This document shows, in pieces, positions 8,952 through 18,478 of a stretch of 64,000 bases of DNA. The stretch is from a phage. The notes beneath the pieces are model-generated. The model saw only the letters and a list, made by a program, of their open reading frames with translations, was not told the DNA's origin and did not search any database. Where the stretch lies: assembly GCA_033286805.1 (NCBI GenBank), contig GCA_033286805.1_4727.1; one strand, 5' to 3'. Both the position numbers and the translations under genes were made by a program. How positions within the stretch are numbered: the first letter of the stretch is position 1; every line of letters starts with the position of its first letter.

Positions 8952-10403
8952 ATGAAACTTAAACAAAGCTGGAAAGACGAACTTCTCGCGTTAGTAAATA
9001 GCAAAAACAGTTTACAGCTGACATTAGCCGACGTAAAATTTGAGTTAACTGAACCGGTAAGCGAAGTGCCCGGAACGGTTGTTGTTACGATCAAACCGAA
9101 CGATGATAGCCGTTACTTTAACGAGCAGTCTCTGACCTACATTCGTCGAGACATCGCTAAAAACTTCACCGGGATCCCGTTACGGGTTATCGTTAAAAAT
9201 GATACCGCCGTAAGGGATATCATCAACACGATCGCTGAACGTTACGGATTGGTATTTGACACAACCGTCGACTTCCTCGAATCCGAACTGAATAAACAAA
9301 TTACGTTCGAAGACACCGGTATTAAAGACATTACGGTTCCGGTTGCAAACACGTCTTATGTTTGGGCTGGTAATCTTCAGTTCAATATCGCTAACGATAC
9401 GTTGAGCTTGATTACGATCATCAAGCAAACCAATCTTACGAATCTGGTTTATCTGGATGGTGTTGAATCTAACACATCGGGTTCGTTACTATTAGCAACG
9501 ACCTCGGTTATCGGCGAAAACGGAAATGCCGAAACAACTGAAGGTGTCCTTGACGCCGCGTACTTCCAGAATATCCTGAACGTCATGGTTCGTTATGGTG
9601 ATATTACCAGCGAACAAATGCAACAAGCAATGCAGACAATTAACGGAAGCGAAGACGCTCGTAGAGTAGAGGTGCGGTCATACGGTGACGCCGAATTATT
9701 GGTAACCACCAAGAAAGATTGGGTTATCGGTAGCCTTAAGGGTGCTATGGTTGTTGGTCACGCTTCACCTAAACCAATCCAATACGTTCTTAAAACAAAA
9801 GGCGGCACCATTATATTGTCATTAGATGGTTGGACAAATGTCAATATCGATTGGGGTGATGGGAATAAGACGACGCAGGACTCCGGCGATAATGAATATC
9901 AGCACAATTACGCGGACACTACAGAACGTACGATCGTCGCTACGGGTACCCCTACCAACGTTGAAGATACAGACGTACAGCAAAGCTTCACCGGTGGTAA
10001 CATCACTGAAATCGTTGACTGGAACAACGGATTACCTAAGGCCCCATCATTACTTGCGGCGAACAGTTTAATTAAGGTTCCCGATTATATCCCGGCATAC
10101 TGGACATCGTTAGAAGGTATGTTTACGCGATGCAGCGCTATTAACGACGTGAACATCACCAAATGGAACACCCGCAACATTACTTCAATGAAGGACCTCT
10201 TCTACGGTTGCGCTACGTTCAACCAACCGATCGGTTCGTGGGATGTTTCGTCTGTTAAGAATGCAGACAATATGTTGTCTGGGTGCTTCGCGTTCAATCA
10301 GGATCTGAGTGGTTGGACATTCCCGGCAGGCACTTCACACATCAACTACGACGCCATGACCGCCGCATGGCAGGCTGGTTATAAACCACACTTCACCGAG
10401 TAA
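8952..10403 (+). CDS. PKD-domain plus DUF285 (BspA/Mycoplasma-type surface repeat) protein, 483 aa
   Basis: IDWGDGNKT...YQHNY (PKD WxFGDG...HxY signature); C-terminal repeats FYGCATFNQPIGSWDVSSV / GCFAFNQDLSGW matching the DUF285 repeat. Confidence 0.65.
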   Translation: MKLKQSWKDELLALVNSKNSLQLTLADVKFELTEPVSEVPGTVVVTIKPNDDSRYFNEQSLTYIRRDIAKNFTGIPLRVIVKNDTAVRDIINTIAERYGLVFDTTVDFLESELNKQITFEDTGIKDITVPVANTSYVWAGNLQFNIANDTLSLITIIKQTNLTNLVYLDGVESNTSGSLLLATTSVIGENGNAETTEGVLDAAYFQNILNVMVRYGDITSEQMQQAMQTINGSEDARRVEVRSYGDAELLVTTKKDWVIGSLKGAMVVGHASPKPIQYVLKTKGGTIILSLDGWTNVNIDWGDGNKTTQDSGDNEYQHNYADTTERTIVATGTPTNVEDTDVQQSFTGGNITEIVDWNNGLPKAPSLLAANSLIKVPDYIPAYWTSLEGMFTRCSAINDVNITKWNTRNITSMKDLFYGCATFNQPIGSWDVSSVKNADNMLSGCFAFNQDLSGWTFPAGTSHINYDAMTAAWQAGYKPHFTE

Positions 10404-10459
10404 AAAAAAAAAAATAGATAGCATATCTTCCTCCCTACCCATAACGGGCGGGGAGGAAG
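10402..10459. terminator. bidirectional terminator between convergent genes (hairpin plus A13/T13 run)
   Basis: cttcctccc / gggaggaag stem at 10427..10459; 13-A homopolymer 10402..10414 gives a T13 tract for minus-strand transcripts. Confidence 0.55.
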
Positions 10460-10476
10460 GTTTATGTCAATTTAAT

Positions 10477-10815
10477 TTAGAACCAGAGTTCTTTCATGAG
10501 GTAAGCTTCCATATCGTAGATAAGCCACTCGTCAGGGATTTCTAAAGGATCGTCTTCGGTTAAGGTCAGCATGTGCAGGGCGAACGCACGCTTAATATCG
10601 TTCAGCAGTTTTTCGTCGTCGTAACCTTCTGGTAGTTTACGGTCTACCAGCTGGGTTTGTTTATAGACATCGCGGAATGCTTCAGGGCTGTGTTTGTCCA
10701 TCGGAAATTGTTCAGCAGCCTGAACCATAGAAAGCGTCCAGCTTACAACATTGTAACGCTCACCGTTAATTTCACTGAACTGATCATCGATTAAACAGAT
10801 TTGTTGTACATTCAT
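10477..10815 (-). CDS. hypothetical acidic protein (112 aa)
   Basis: ORF convergent with 8952..10403; terminator between them. Confidence 0.5.
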   Translation of the reverse strand: MNVQQICLIDDQFSEINGERYNVVSWTLSMVQAAEQFPMDKHSPEAFRDVYKQTQLVDRKLPEGYDDEKLLNDIKRAFALHMLTLTEDDPLEIPDEWLIYDMEAYLMKELWF

Positions 10816-11705
10816 TCATTTTCTCCATTCTTATCTTGGTCGCAATCACACTCTTCGACGTCTTTCTTACTTAAACGTAAGACGCCGAGTGCGGCATGCT
10901 TGAGTTCTTGCAACGCGCTTTTCAGCTGACCTTCTTCATCGAAATCAAAATACTTCTCGTTGTAGCTTAACGCTGGAATCATATTTACGAGAGGTTCGAT
11001 GGCGGGCATCAGCATTTCAATGACGACCTTAGGATCAACAAAGCGTTCGAACCCTTCAGGAAGTTTGCTCGCTACAACCTTATCGTTTTTGATGTAGAAT
11101 TTGTTCTTGAACAAATCGTCAAGAATAGCATTCTCTTCATCCGTACGTTTTGCGTGAGGACGATCGATCATCTGCACAAACACATCGCTCAACGCTTCAG
11201 GCAACGTCGGATTTTCACGAAGATAAGTTCCGGCTGGAATTTCAATATCGATCTTCGTCCACTCAACAACCTGGTGGTCTCGCGTATAGATGACGTCAAC
11301 TTCCCATGCCAGGCCATCAGCGCTTTCTACGGTGTAACGTGTTTTCGCCTGGCCTTCAGGAGCCATGCGTTCGATCGCGTCAAACATCTCGACTGGGATT
11401 TCGACTTCGCTTTCCGTCGCATCACCTGGACCACGATACACCTTCGTGGTCATGATGTATTTCGGCTCTTCGTTATCGATCTGGATCGCACGTGCGCGCA
11501 CCTGACCTTTCACGCCACCAACGGCCGTGTTATCAAACAACCACTGATGTTGCACCATATGTTCGATTTTTGATGCGACTTGACGAAGACGTTCAACACC
11601 GTCTTCAGCCAGTTTACCAAAGAAGACCAGCTCACGTTCCTGCTGTGTCTCACCACTTAACATCATTAAATTGGCGATTTGTTTCACGCCTCTTACTTGT
11701 GACAT
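10812..11705 (-). CDS. hypothetical protein (297 aa)
   Basis: Long ORF; 4-nt overlap with downstream gene. Confidence 0.6.
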   Translation of the reverse strand: MSQVRGVKQIANLMMLSGETQQERELVFFGKLAEDGVERLRQVASKIEHMVQHQWLFDNTAVGGVKGQVRARAIQIDNEEPKYIMTTKVYRGPGDATESEVEIPVEMFDAIERMAPEGQAKTRYTVESADGLAWEVDVIYTRDHQVVEWTKIDIEIPAGTYLRENPTLPEALSDVFVQMIDRPHAKRTDEENAILDDLFKNKFYIKNDKVVASKLPEGFERFVDPKVVIEMLMPAIEPLVNMIPALSYNEKYFDFDEEGQLKSALQELKHAALGVLRLSKKDVEECDCDQDKNGENE

Positions 11706-11773
11706 ACATGCTCCGGTTATAAGGGCCTACATCGAGGCCCCTCATTGATTTTTGATTCCACCAAACGCTATCG

Positions 11774-14404
11774 TTACAATTCAAAATCTTCATCGATAAC
11801 ACGCTGGGTAAGCACTTTGTCGCTGAAGAACTCCACCTTGCGCTGATGGTATTTACGGTGCGCTTCGATAGAAGTACATACCAGATACCAGAACGTTGGC
11901 GTCATTCCTTCAAACTTCCCTTTCAGCTGACGCAGTCGTCCCAACACCTGAATGTTGCCGGTTCGTGACCCCATCGCTAACGTCATGAACGTCATCACCA
12001 AGTCAGGAAGGTCGATACCGGTACCTGCCGATTTCACGGTTGTAACGCTAATATCGTTATCCAGCAAGACCATGAAATCTTCTTCAGCAGTATAAGGACC
12101 GATCTCTAGCTCAGGAATACGTTCACTGAGATAATGCGACAACGACTTACACATATCAACGGTTGCACAATACACCAGCATCTTCATACCTTCCTGATAC
12201 TGGTTCATAAAACCTTTGATAATAACGGTATAGATGAAGTTAAAGTACGCGAGTTTGAGTTGCTTGTTCTTCATGATAGACTGTTCAAATATCGTGTGCG
12301 AATAAGCTCCACCAAACCCTTTGTATCTGACTTTATCTGTACTGCGTAGTCGATATGTTACCGCATTTACCGCAATGTATTTCTTGTATTCGCCTTTCGC
12401 ATAACGGGCTTCTTTCGGATACATCAAATACAGCATCTGTTCGATAAACGGATCATCGGATACCGCTGTTGCCGACAGATAAATGATTTCCGGAATATTG
12501 GCGTAACACTTGACCTTAAACAAGAAATGCAATGCTTCGTGACACTCGTCATGAATCAGCAAACCTATGCCGGTCTTTTCCCAAAACTCAGCGGGATGGA
12601 AGGCATATGGCGCAACGCAGTTATTCTTCTCGTAGTCCGCAATATAACGTTGGAACATGTTCAAGGAGAACAATGCGATTTTGAAGTCGAGTTCACCCTG
12701 TTCAACCAAGGTTTGAAACTCCAGCATGCTGTAACGAGGAATGTCGGGATGCGGTGGATCCTCCTTAGCGTTCCCGCGTATCTCGATAACATCCCCTGGT
12801 TCCATCCCGAAGAAGTTCAGCAGCGAGCTTCGCCAACCTGGCATATACCGTGGAGAAAGTATAATGCCTGTGCGCACACCCCGTCTAAACACGATTTCCT
12901 GCGACATCGCGGTGTTGTGTGTGACGATAAAGTCTTTCACCACAAACAACGCTGAAGGATCATCGATCGTAATGCAACGTGCATCCGCAACACGGGAAGG
13001 TTTGATTGACAGTACACGCAGCATACTTTCGAAGTATTGTCCGTCGACAGGACAACGTTCCAGCTTCTTCGGAAGTGTAACGATTTCATGTGGACGTTTA
13101 TACCGTATCGTAACCATGTACGCCAATCGTCCCTTATGTCTTTCCCCCTTGTAGGTGTAATACGGTTGTTTAATACGTAGACGAGCATATCCACCGATCG
13201 AACGAACCAAGTAGATAACGTCATCTGAAAGCTGTTTGCTCGAAGTACAGAAAACAATAGATCCGCCTTTATCTACCGTTCCGTCGGTATCGATAAGACC
13301 TGCAAGTATTTCGCAACGCTGTCTATGCGACGCCATCATGTACTGTTTCGGAACAAACTTCTCCCAGGCTCGTTTACCCATCAACCCCAACTGATCAAGC
13401 GCGGATGCTGTCTCCGACCGCCCACCGTAATTGATTAACGTTGCGGCAGGCGTCTTCGTTACCGCATAGTCGTATTTGTCACGGTACTGTATTTCACAGT
13501 CATCAGGAAGACGACTTAACACCTTATTCAAGATGAAATCGTCAGGAGTTGTAATGATTGGAGATGTCGTTAAATGACCGTCCCCTAACAGAACACCAAG
13601 CACGTACGGATCAAGCGGTAAATCTGCATCAGGAGTATCCTCAGACTCACAATACGGAATGTAAAGTCGTTTATTGGACAGCTCCAGGATACGAATCATC
13701 TCAAGTGTATTGATAACCCGCATGGGATAAGGATTGTTTTTGTCCCATCCCCAGTTAGGTCTCATGCACGCCCAGAGATGCTCGCCGCAGGCTTCAACAC
13801 GACGACCGTCAGCAAAGACAATCTCATAGAGCTGTTTTGCTTTATGGTCGAAGATATTGGTTACCTTCGTTGGTCGGCCATTAGCAGCCGTGATGGTATC
13901 ACCTAGCTTCAAATCGCCTAATTGACGCCATCCGCCAGGGACTTTTACGAGCGTGGTAAGCGGATTCGCTTTACCAGACCCCGTTTGAGCGGTGTTTAGG
14001 CTCATTCTGAAGGGGGTATCCTTACCCCCGTTCATGTACTCCAGCCATTCTTGTTGATCTTCACGCCACGGAAACTTCCATTTCTTTACGAACTCCACTT
14101 CCTTACCTGGTACCGGATCGTGATAAACGATTTCCAACCACTCTTTTCGGATTCCTCGAGAGAAGATAAAATCCAAAAACGATTTCAACTGTTCGCGGAG
14201 TAAGTATACCTCGCTATAATCGCTTCTCGCTGCGGCGTAGGTGTTAATGGTATCGGTGACCATTCTCCGTGTACGAGGGTCGCGTCGTTTCCGTAGATGC
14301 AAACAACGGTCTCGAAGGTAATGGCCAATCAAATGGGCAAATCGAAGTCCGTATCCGCTCAGCCTCATGCCATGCGAGAAGACGTCGATACGAGCTAACT
14401 TCAT
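11774..14404 (-). CDS. SF2 DEAH-type helicase interrupted by an intein (876-aa precursor; mature helicase about 524 aa)
   Basis: Extein halves TGSGK / T reconstitute a P-loop GSGKT after removing residues 146-497; downstream DECH box and SAT motif; ATGA overlap with upstream RNAP gene. Confidence 0.75.
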   Translation of the reverse strand: MKLARIDVFSHGMRLSGYGLRFAHLIGHYLRDRCLHLRKRRDPRTRRMVTDTINTYAAARSDYSEVYLLREQLKSFLDFIFSRGIRKEWLEIVYHDPVPGKEVEFVKKWKFPWREDQQEWLEYMNGGKDTPFRMSLNTAQTGSGKANPLTTLVKVPGGWRQLGDLKLGDTITAANGRPTKVTNIFDHKAKQLYEIVFADGRRVEACGEHLWACMRPNWGWDKNNPYPMRVINTLEMIRILELSNKRLYIPYCESEDTPDADLPLDPYVLGVLLGDGHLTTSPIITTPDDFILNKVLSRLPDDCEIQYRDKYDYAVTKTPAATLINYGGRSETASALDQLGLMGKRAWEKFVPKQYMMASHRQRCEILAGLIDTDGTVDKGGSIVFCTSSKQLSDDVIYLVRSIGGYARLRIKQPYYTYKGERHKGRLAYMVTIRYKRPHEIVTLPKKLERCPVDGQYFESMLRVLSIKPSRVADARCITIDDPSALFVVKDFIVTHNTAMSQEIVFRRGVRTGIILSPRYMPGWRSSLLNFFGMEPGDVIEIRGNAKEDPPHPDIPRYSMLEFQTLVEQGELDFKIALFSLNMFQRYIADYEKNNCVAPYAFHPAEFWEKTGIGLLIHDECHEALHFLFKVKCYANIPEIIYLSATAVSDDPFIEQMLYLMYPKEARYAKGEYKKYIAVNAVTYRLRSTDKVRYKGFGGAYSHTIFEQSIMKNKQLKLAYFNFIYTVIIKGFMNQYQEGMKMLVYCATVDMCKSLSHYLSERIPELEIGPYTAEEDFMVLLDNDISVTTVKSAGTGIDLPDLVMTFMTLAMGSRTGNIQVLGRLRQLKGKFEGMTPTFWYLVCTSIEAHRKYHQRKVEFFSDKVLTQRVIDEDFEL
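12914..13969 (-). mobile_element. intein (352 aa) with LAGLIDADG homing endonuclease; class-3-like (Ala1, WCT triad)
   Basis: Hint block A-like N-terminus TLVKVPGG...GD...NGRP; two LAGLIDADG motifs (LGVLLGDGHL, ILAGLIDTDG); C-terminal FIVTHN followed by Thr+1; residue 1 is Ala; Trp in GEHLW, Cys in ARCITIDD and Thr before HN fit the class-3 WCT pattern. Confidence 0.65.
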
Positions 14405-16407
14405 AACGTGATTACATCCTCCGGTTTAGGTTCTTTACGCGGTAAAAGCATGTAGTCGATCGGATGATCCGGCTTCATGGTTGGGATATAACTGTTCGGG
14501 TTTTGGAACGCATCCAGTTGCTCTTGGTGAGCGAACTTCATACTCAAGGAGCGCATGTTCATGTTCTTCTTGAAGGTACTGAAGTATCGTGTTGTTCCCT
14601 GTTTCGGCATGCGATAATCTTTCGTGTGTGGCGAACGAATCATGCTGGCGTAGAGAATAACGTCGAGATGCGAAAGGTTCATTCGCAGACGCTGGGCACA
14701 CAGGCGATGCCAATAATACAGCACGTTTGCAACTTCTTCCGGTGTTGCTTCGTCTTCCGAGAGGAATCCGGCACTGAAAGAACCTTTCCCGAATTTGAAC
14801 TCACGTTCGATTTCTTTTGCGTATTCCATCATGTTTTTGTGGATTAACGGCATCTGGAATAACGTACGTGAATTGTCCCAATGTTTCAAGTCGAAAATCA
14901 CAATCCCGTCAGACGTCACTTCCCAGCTATGGCGTTTAAGATAACGGATAAACGCTTTACTCGGGACGACGGGACGTCCACAGAAATCGAAATTGACTTT
15001 GAGCTTACGATAGCTTTCATCTTTCCTGTCGTAAATCTCCATATCACAAAGCGTCATGTTAAACAGACGTTGCGGTATCAGCGAACTGATTTCTTCCGCT
15101 TCGGCTACATCGTACAACATGTTCGCAAGACCTAACTTCATCTTAATCAGCACGTGTTTACCTTTCAGCTCACGTGCGAGTTTGATGTCGTTCATGTTCT
15201 GGCTGTAGCGAAGGATATGTTGATATTCCGGCGGGATTGGTGCTGTGGATACCGTTGACGAACCATCGTGGTGTTTGGTGGAAAGAATGTTCTGCGTTAC
15301 CTGTTGCGAACAGGTACGCGCTGCGCCATCGCCAACATTATCGGTTAGTGCGAAGTTATGACTTAATTCACCATAACACGTTGTACATACCCCAGCAGGA
15401 TCGGGATGATGACAATAGTTAACGGAGCGCATGCGTACCGTCGTGCCGATCAATTCTTTCATGTGTGGTTGTATAGCTACCAACGAACCGTCATCACGAA
15501 TAATGAATCGACCATGGAAGCCACGCAGGTCGGTCTCATCGCGGATTGGCATCGGGATGGTCTCTTTACTACCACAATCACCAGGATGAAGTCGTTGTAC
15601 AACCGCTGTCGCTATCTGAAGTTCACGACCGAAATATTCAGACTTTTTAATCTGCTCTTTGTTGAACAGCAACGATTTCGCCGCAGAACGACTTTCTTTC
15701 AAGCTGTCGGGAAGAGAGATCAAACCAGCTGCGTATGACCGCATTACTGGATCACGGAATATCTCGGAGTTAATATCAGTCAAGAATCCACGCATCCCAA
15801 TACACTGTAGCACCTGCCCAATCGAAACGTGTTCGGTTCTTACCGCACGTGCAATAGGGTTTGCATGTAACGTTTTATCGGTGCTCAGTACCTTCGTCAG
15901 TTTCTTGTATGCGCTTTCGATACCTTCGCGGGTGGGTTCCGCTTCAGCGATGATTTTCTTAACTTCAGGGTGTACAGTAATCTGATAAAAATCATCCGCA
16001 CAAATAGTTGTTACGTATTCCTCCAACGCATACGTAAAGAAGTTATACACATTGTTAAACATATCGAACAATGCTTTCCAGAGAACCTCGCGATTCTCTT
16101 GTGGGTAAGCATACATACATTGACGATACGCTGCGCTTTGCAACGCAACCGACGAACCAGCAGTAAACTTGCGTTTATCGACCAGGTTCTCTTTTGTCAA
16201 CGGTGTCTCAGGATACATGCGATGCACAGACCAATGCATGTAACTAAAGAAAATGCGTCGCGCACGTAATTCATGAACGCCATCGTCCATCTCGATATAT
16301 ACACGGTCATTAGGCTGTGCCCATTCGAACACCTCATCAACCGGCCAGTGCATAAGCTCGCGTGCCCTCACACGACGTTTCGTGGTGGTCGTCTGTGTTG
16401 TATTCAT
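14401..16407 (-). CDS. multisubunit RNA polymerase beta' subunit, C-terminal fragment (668 aa)
   Basis: AGVCTTCYG matches the beta' GVCAHCYG zinc-binding segment; SQQVTQNILSTKHHDGSS resembles the trigger-loop GTQLTMRTFHIGGA. Confidence 0.65.
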   Translation of the reverse strand: MNTTQTTTTKRRVRARELMHWPVDEVFEWAQPNDRVYIEMDDGVHELRARRIFFSYMHWSVHRMYPETPLTKENLVDKRKFTAGSSVALQSAAYRQCMYAYPQENREVLWKALFDMFNNVYNFFTYALEEYVTTICADDFYQITVHPEVKKIIAEAEPTREGIESAYKKLTKVLSTDKTLHANPIARAVRTEHVSIGQVLQCIGMRGFLTDINSEIFRDPVMRSYAAGLISLPDSLKESRSAAKSLLFNKEQIKKSEYFGRELQIATAVVQRLHPGDCGSKETIPMPIRDETDLRGFHGRFIIRDDGSLVAIQPHMKELIGTTVRMRSVNYCHHPDPAGVCTTCYGELSHNFALTDNVGDGAARTCSQQVTQNILSTKHHDGSSTVSTAPIPPEYQHILRYSQNMNDIKLARELKGKHVLIKMKLGLANMLYDVAEAEEISSLIPQRLFNMTLCDMEIYDRKDESYRKLKVNFDFCGRPVVPSKAFIRYLKRHSWEVTSDGIVIFDLKHWDNSRTLFQMPLIHKNMMEYAKEIEREFKFGKGSFSAGFLSEDEATPEEVANVLYYWHRLCAQRLRMNLSHLDVILYASMIRSPHTKDYRMPKQGTTRYFSTFKKNMNMRSLSMKFAHQEQLDAFQNPNSYIPTMKPDHPIDYMLLPRKEPKPEDVITL

Positions 16408-16505
16408 TATTGCTTTCCGATTTAAATGGTTTTATCATACGGTTTACCAAATCCGTTGGACTTTACTATCGTTGTGATAGCATCGGGAATCCCTTCCCTT
16501 AGGTT

Positions 16506-16530
16506 ATGTAGGTGTTAATATATCTCCACT
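16506..16530 (-). promoter_or_regulatory. degenerate variant of the early-promoter-like motif
   Basis: taggtgttaatatatctcc; about 110 nt upstream of the beta' C-fragment start. Confidence 0.2.
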
Positions 16531-16552
16531 GCTGGCCTTTATGTCGGCAGCA

Positions 16553-17038
16553 TTATCCAGCTTTCTGTTGTAAAGCGTATGGATCCATAGCGTCAGACAT
16601 ATCCGCAAAAACGGTGAGAATAAACCCCTTTATCTGTCTCACCTCGGTTACACGAAGCCCTTTATCATTGCGATATACGTTTTCTTCACCGACCAACTTT
16701 GGTCGAATAACATAAACTCCATCAACAAGCGGGAATGTCGGATACGGATAAATACCGATACGAATGATGTTTGGGTGATCGCCTAGAAGGTCACGTCCAA
16801 ACTTATCGACTCGACCATAAATCGCCCCATCCACACCTTCCACTTCAATGAGATCGTTTCGAATATCCTGAAATAGCTGCTCTAACGTGTCGGCGGGGTA
16901 CGTATATGCGACACCTAACGCTGGATCCTCAATGGTTTTGACACTGAATCCGTTAAGCCAAACAATCTGTTCATCCGCCCATGTTTCTTCATATACCGTT
17001 AATCCATCGCCGTATATGTTGGCGTGTGCTATCTCCAT
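16553..17038 (-). CDS. hypothetical protein (161 aa)
   Basis: ORF bounded by terminator-like hairpins. Confidence 0.5.
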   Translation of the reverse strand: MEIAHANIYGDGLTVYEETWADEQIVWLNGFSVKTIEDPALGVAYTYPADTLEQLFQDIRNDLIEVEGVDGAIYGRVDKFGRDLLGDHPNIIRIGIYPYPTFPLVDGVYVIRPKLVGEENVYRNDKGLRVTEVRQIKGFILTVFADMSDAMDPYALQQKAG

Positions 17039-17152
17039 AATCTCATTTCCTCTTATACGTTAGGATAGATGACATGTTGGATATACGTTGCCTTTGCATA
17101 TATTGCTTTATTTCCGTCAGAAATAACGGAAAATAAAAACAACGACATAATT

Positions 17153-17182
17153 CCCTCCCACCTCCACATGGGAGAGGGAGGG
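17153..17182 (-). terminator. hairpin terminator (ccctccc / gggaggg)
   Basis: GC stem followed on minus sense by ATTATGTCG and a T-rich run. Confidence 0.45.
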
Positions 17183-17195
17183 TTATTCGTGTTTA

Positions 17196-17558
17196 TTATT
17201 CTACGCTGTCTTCTTCCGTATCTTCCTCTTCGGAACCATCGAATGTTTTCATTGTGACGGTGGTATCCCAGTTAGCCGCGTAATCAGCCATCGCTTCACG
17301 CAGCGCTTCTTCACCAGCATCACCAGCCAGGTCAAGTACAACCAAACCCTGTGCGACGTTTTGAGCAACGGTATCAATAACGGTTGCATCTTCTTCAAAA
17401 CTACGTACGGGTTCAATGGTACCTACATCAACAGCGTAGTTCGTGGTTGCTGTAAACACGGCGACTTGTAGCGCATTGCTATCTTCATCATGCAGTGCTG
17501 CTTCAATACCGATCGGACGAGCCAGTTCTTGTAGTGTTAATTTGCGAATTAAGTTCAT
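17196..17558 (-). CDS. hypothetical acidic protein (120 aa)
   Basis: ORF with Asp/Glu-rich C-terminal tail. Confidence 0.5.
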   Translation of the reverse strand: MNLIRKLTLQELARPIGIEAALHDEDSNALQVAVFTATTNYAVDVGTIEPVRSFEEDATVIDTVAQNVAQGLVVLDLAGDAGEEALREAMADYAANWDTTVTMKTFDGSEEEDTEEDSVE

Positions 17559-17590
17559 TATGTTTTCCTCAGGTGAATGTTAGCAATCGT

Positions 17591-18016
17591 TTAAAACTTT
17601 AAAACTTTTTCGATACGATGGTTGACGAGTTCATTGAACGACTCTTCAGCTTGTTCGATGATTTCATCAACGTCGATATCTAATTGTTGGGGTTGGATAA
17701 CATGCTCTTTCATGGTTTCCAGCCAGTATTCGGCTTTAATCATGACGTTAGCGACGTGTTCGACCTGGCTGCGTATGTCGACGATCTGGCAGTCAGGATT
17801 GTTAATATCGATGATGTGTCCGTGGTGGTTGATAAAACCTAGCTTATTTGATGCCCTTACCGCATCGCGGGTAAGTTCTTGCAAGATTAAATTATTAACG
17901 TAGTTCACTGCTACGGAACGATTTTCGTTATCACTCATACCAGGGATCCTCTTTAAGTCATCACATTCTAGTGTTAAGCAGTTAAAATAAACCGTTCCTT
18001 TTATCAGCATAAACAT
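17591..18016 (-). CDS. hypothetical protein (141 aa)
   Basis: ORF between hairpins. Confidence 0.5.
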   Translation of the reverse strand: MFMLIKGTVYFNCLTLECDDLKRIPGMSDNENRSVAVNYVNNLILQELTRDAVRASNKLGFINHHGHIIDINNPDCQIVDIRSQVEHVANVMIKAEYWLETMKEHVIQPQQLDIDVDEIIEQAEESFNELVNHRIEKVLKF

Positions 18017-18045
18017 CCTCCTCCCACCACATGGGTAGGAGGAGG
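18017..18045 (-). terminator. hairpin terminator (cctcctcc / ggaggagg)
   Basis: 8-bp stem followed on minus sense by TTTATGCTG. Confidence 0.45.
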
Positions 18046-18056
18046 CGTAATATGCA

Positions 18057-18467
18057 TCAGAAAGGAGGACGATCTTTAAATTCTAGCAACGTGTCTTCGA
18101 AGCAAGCGATGAGTTCAGACTGCAATTCGGTACGGCCTTGTTCACCGAAGAGTTCCAGCAACATTAACCCCCGAGCGGTCTTCGTAGCAACCTCTTCGCA
18201 GATGCGGAGATCGCGAACTTCATCATCGCCGACATCTTTACGTAACTGCGCTGCAATGGGCTTAAGATTACCGTTTTCATCGTGTTCGTCACGAAATGCA
18301 TCATAAGCCGCATCGATGTTCGCGATCCGTGTCAACCCTTCAGAATCCCGCCAGTCTCGATATAATCCAAGCAGACGGTTATGATTCTTCGTTTTGACGT
18401 TCGGTGCTGGAAGGTTGCGCAACAGATGTGGTGTAATCATTGCTATCACGCTATCCGAATGATCCAT
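18057..18467 (-). CDS. hypothetical protein (136 aa)
   Basis: ORF. Confidence 0.5.
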   Translation of the reverse strand: MDHSDSVIAMITPHLLRNLPAPNVKTKNHNRLLGLYRDWRDSEGLTRIANIDAAYDAFRDEHDENGNLKPIAAQLRKDVGDDEVRDLRICEEVATKTARGLMLLELFGEQGRTELQSELIACFEDTLLEFKDRPPF

Positions 18468-18478
18468 CGTATACCTCG

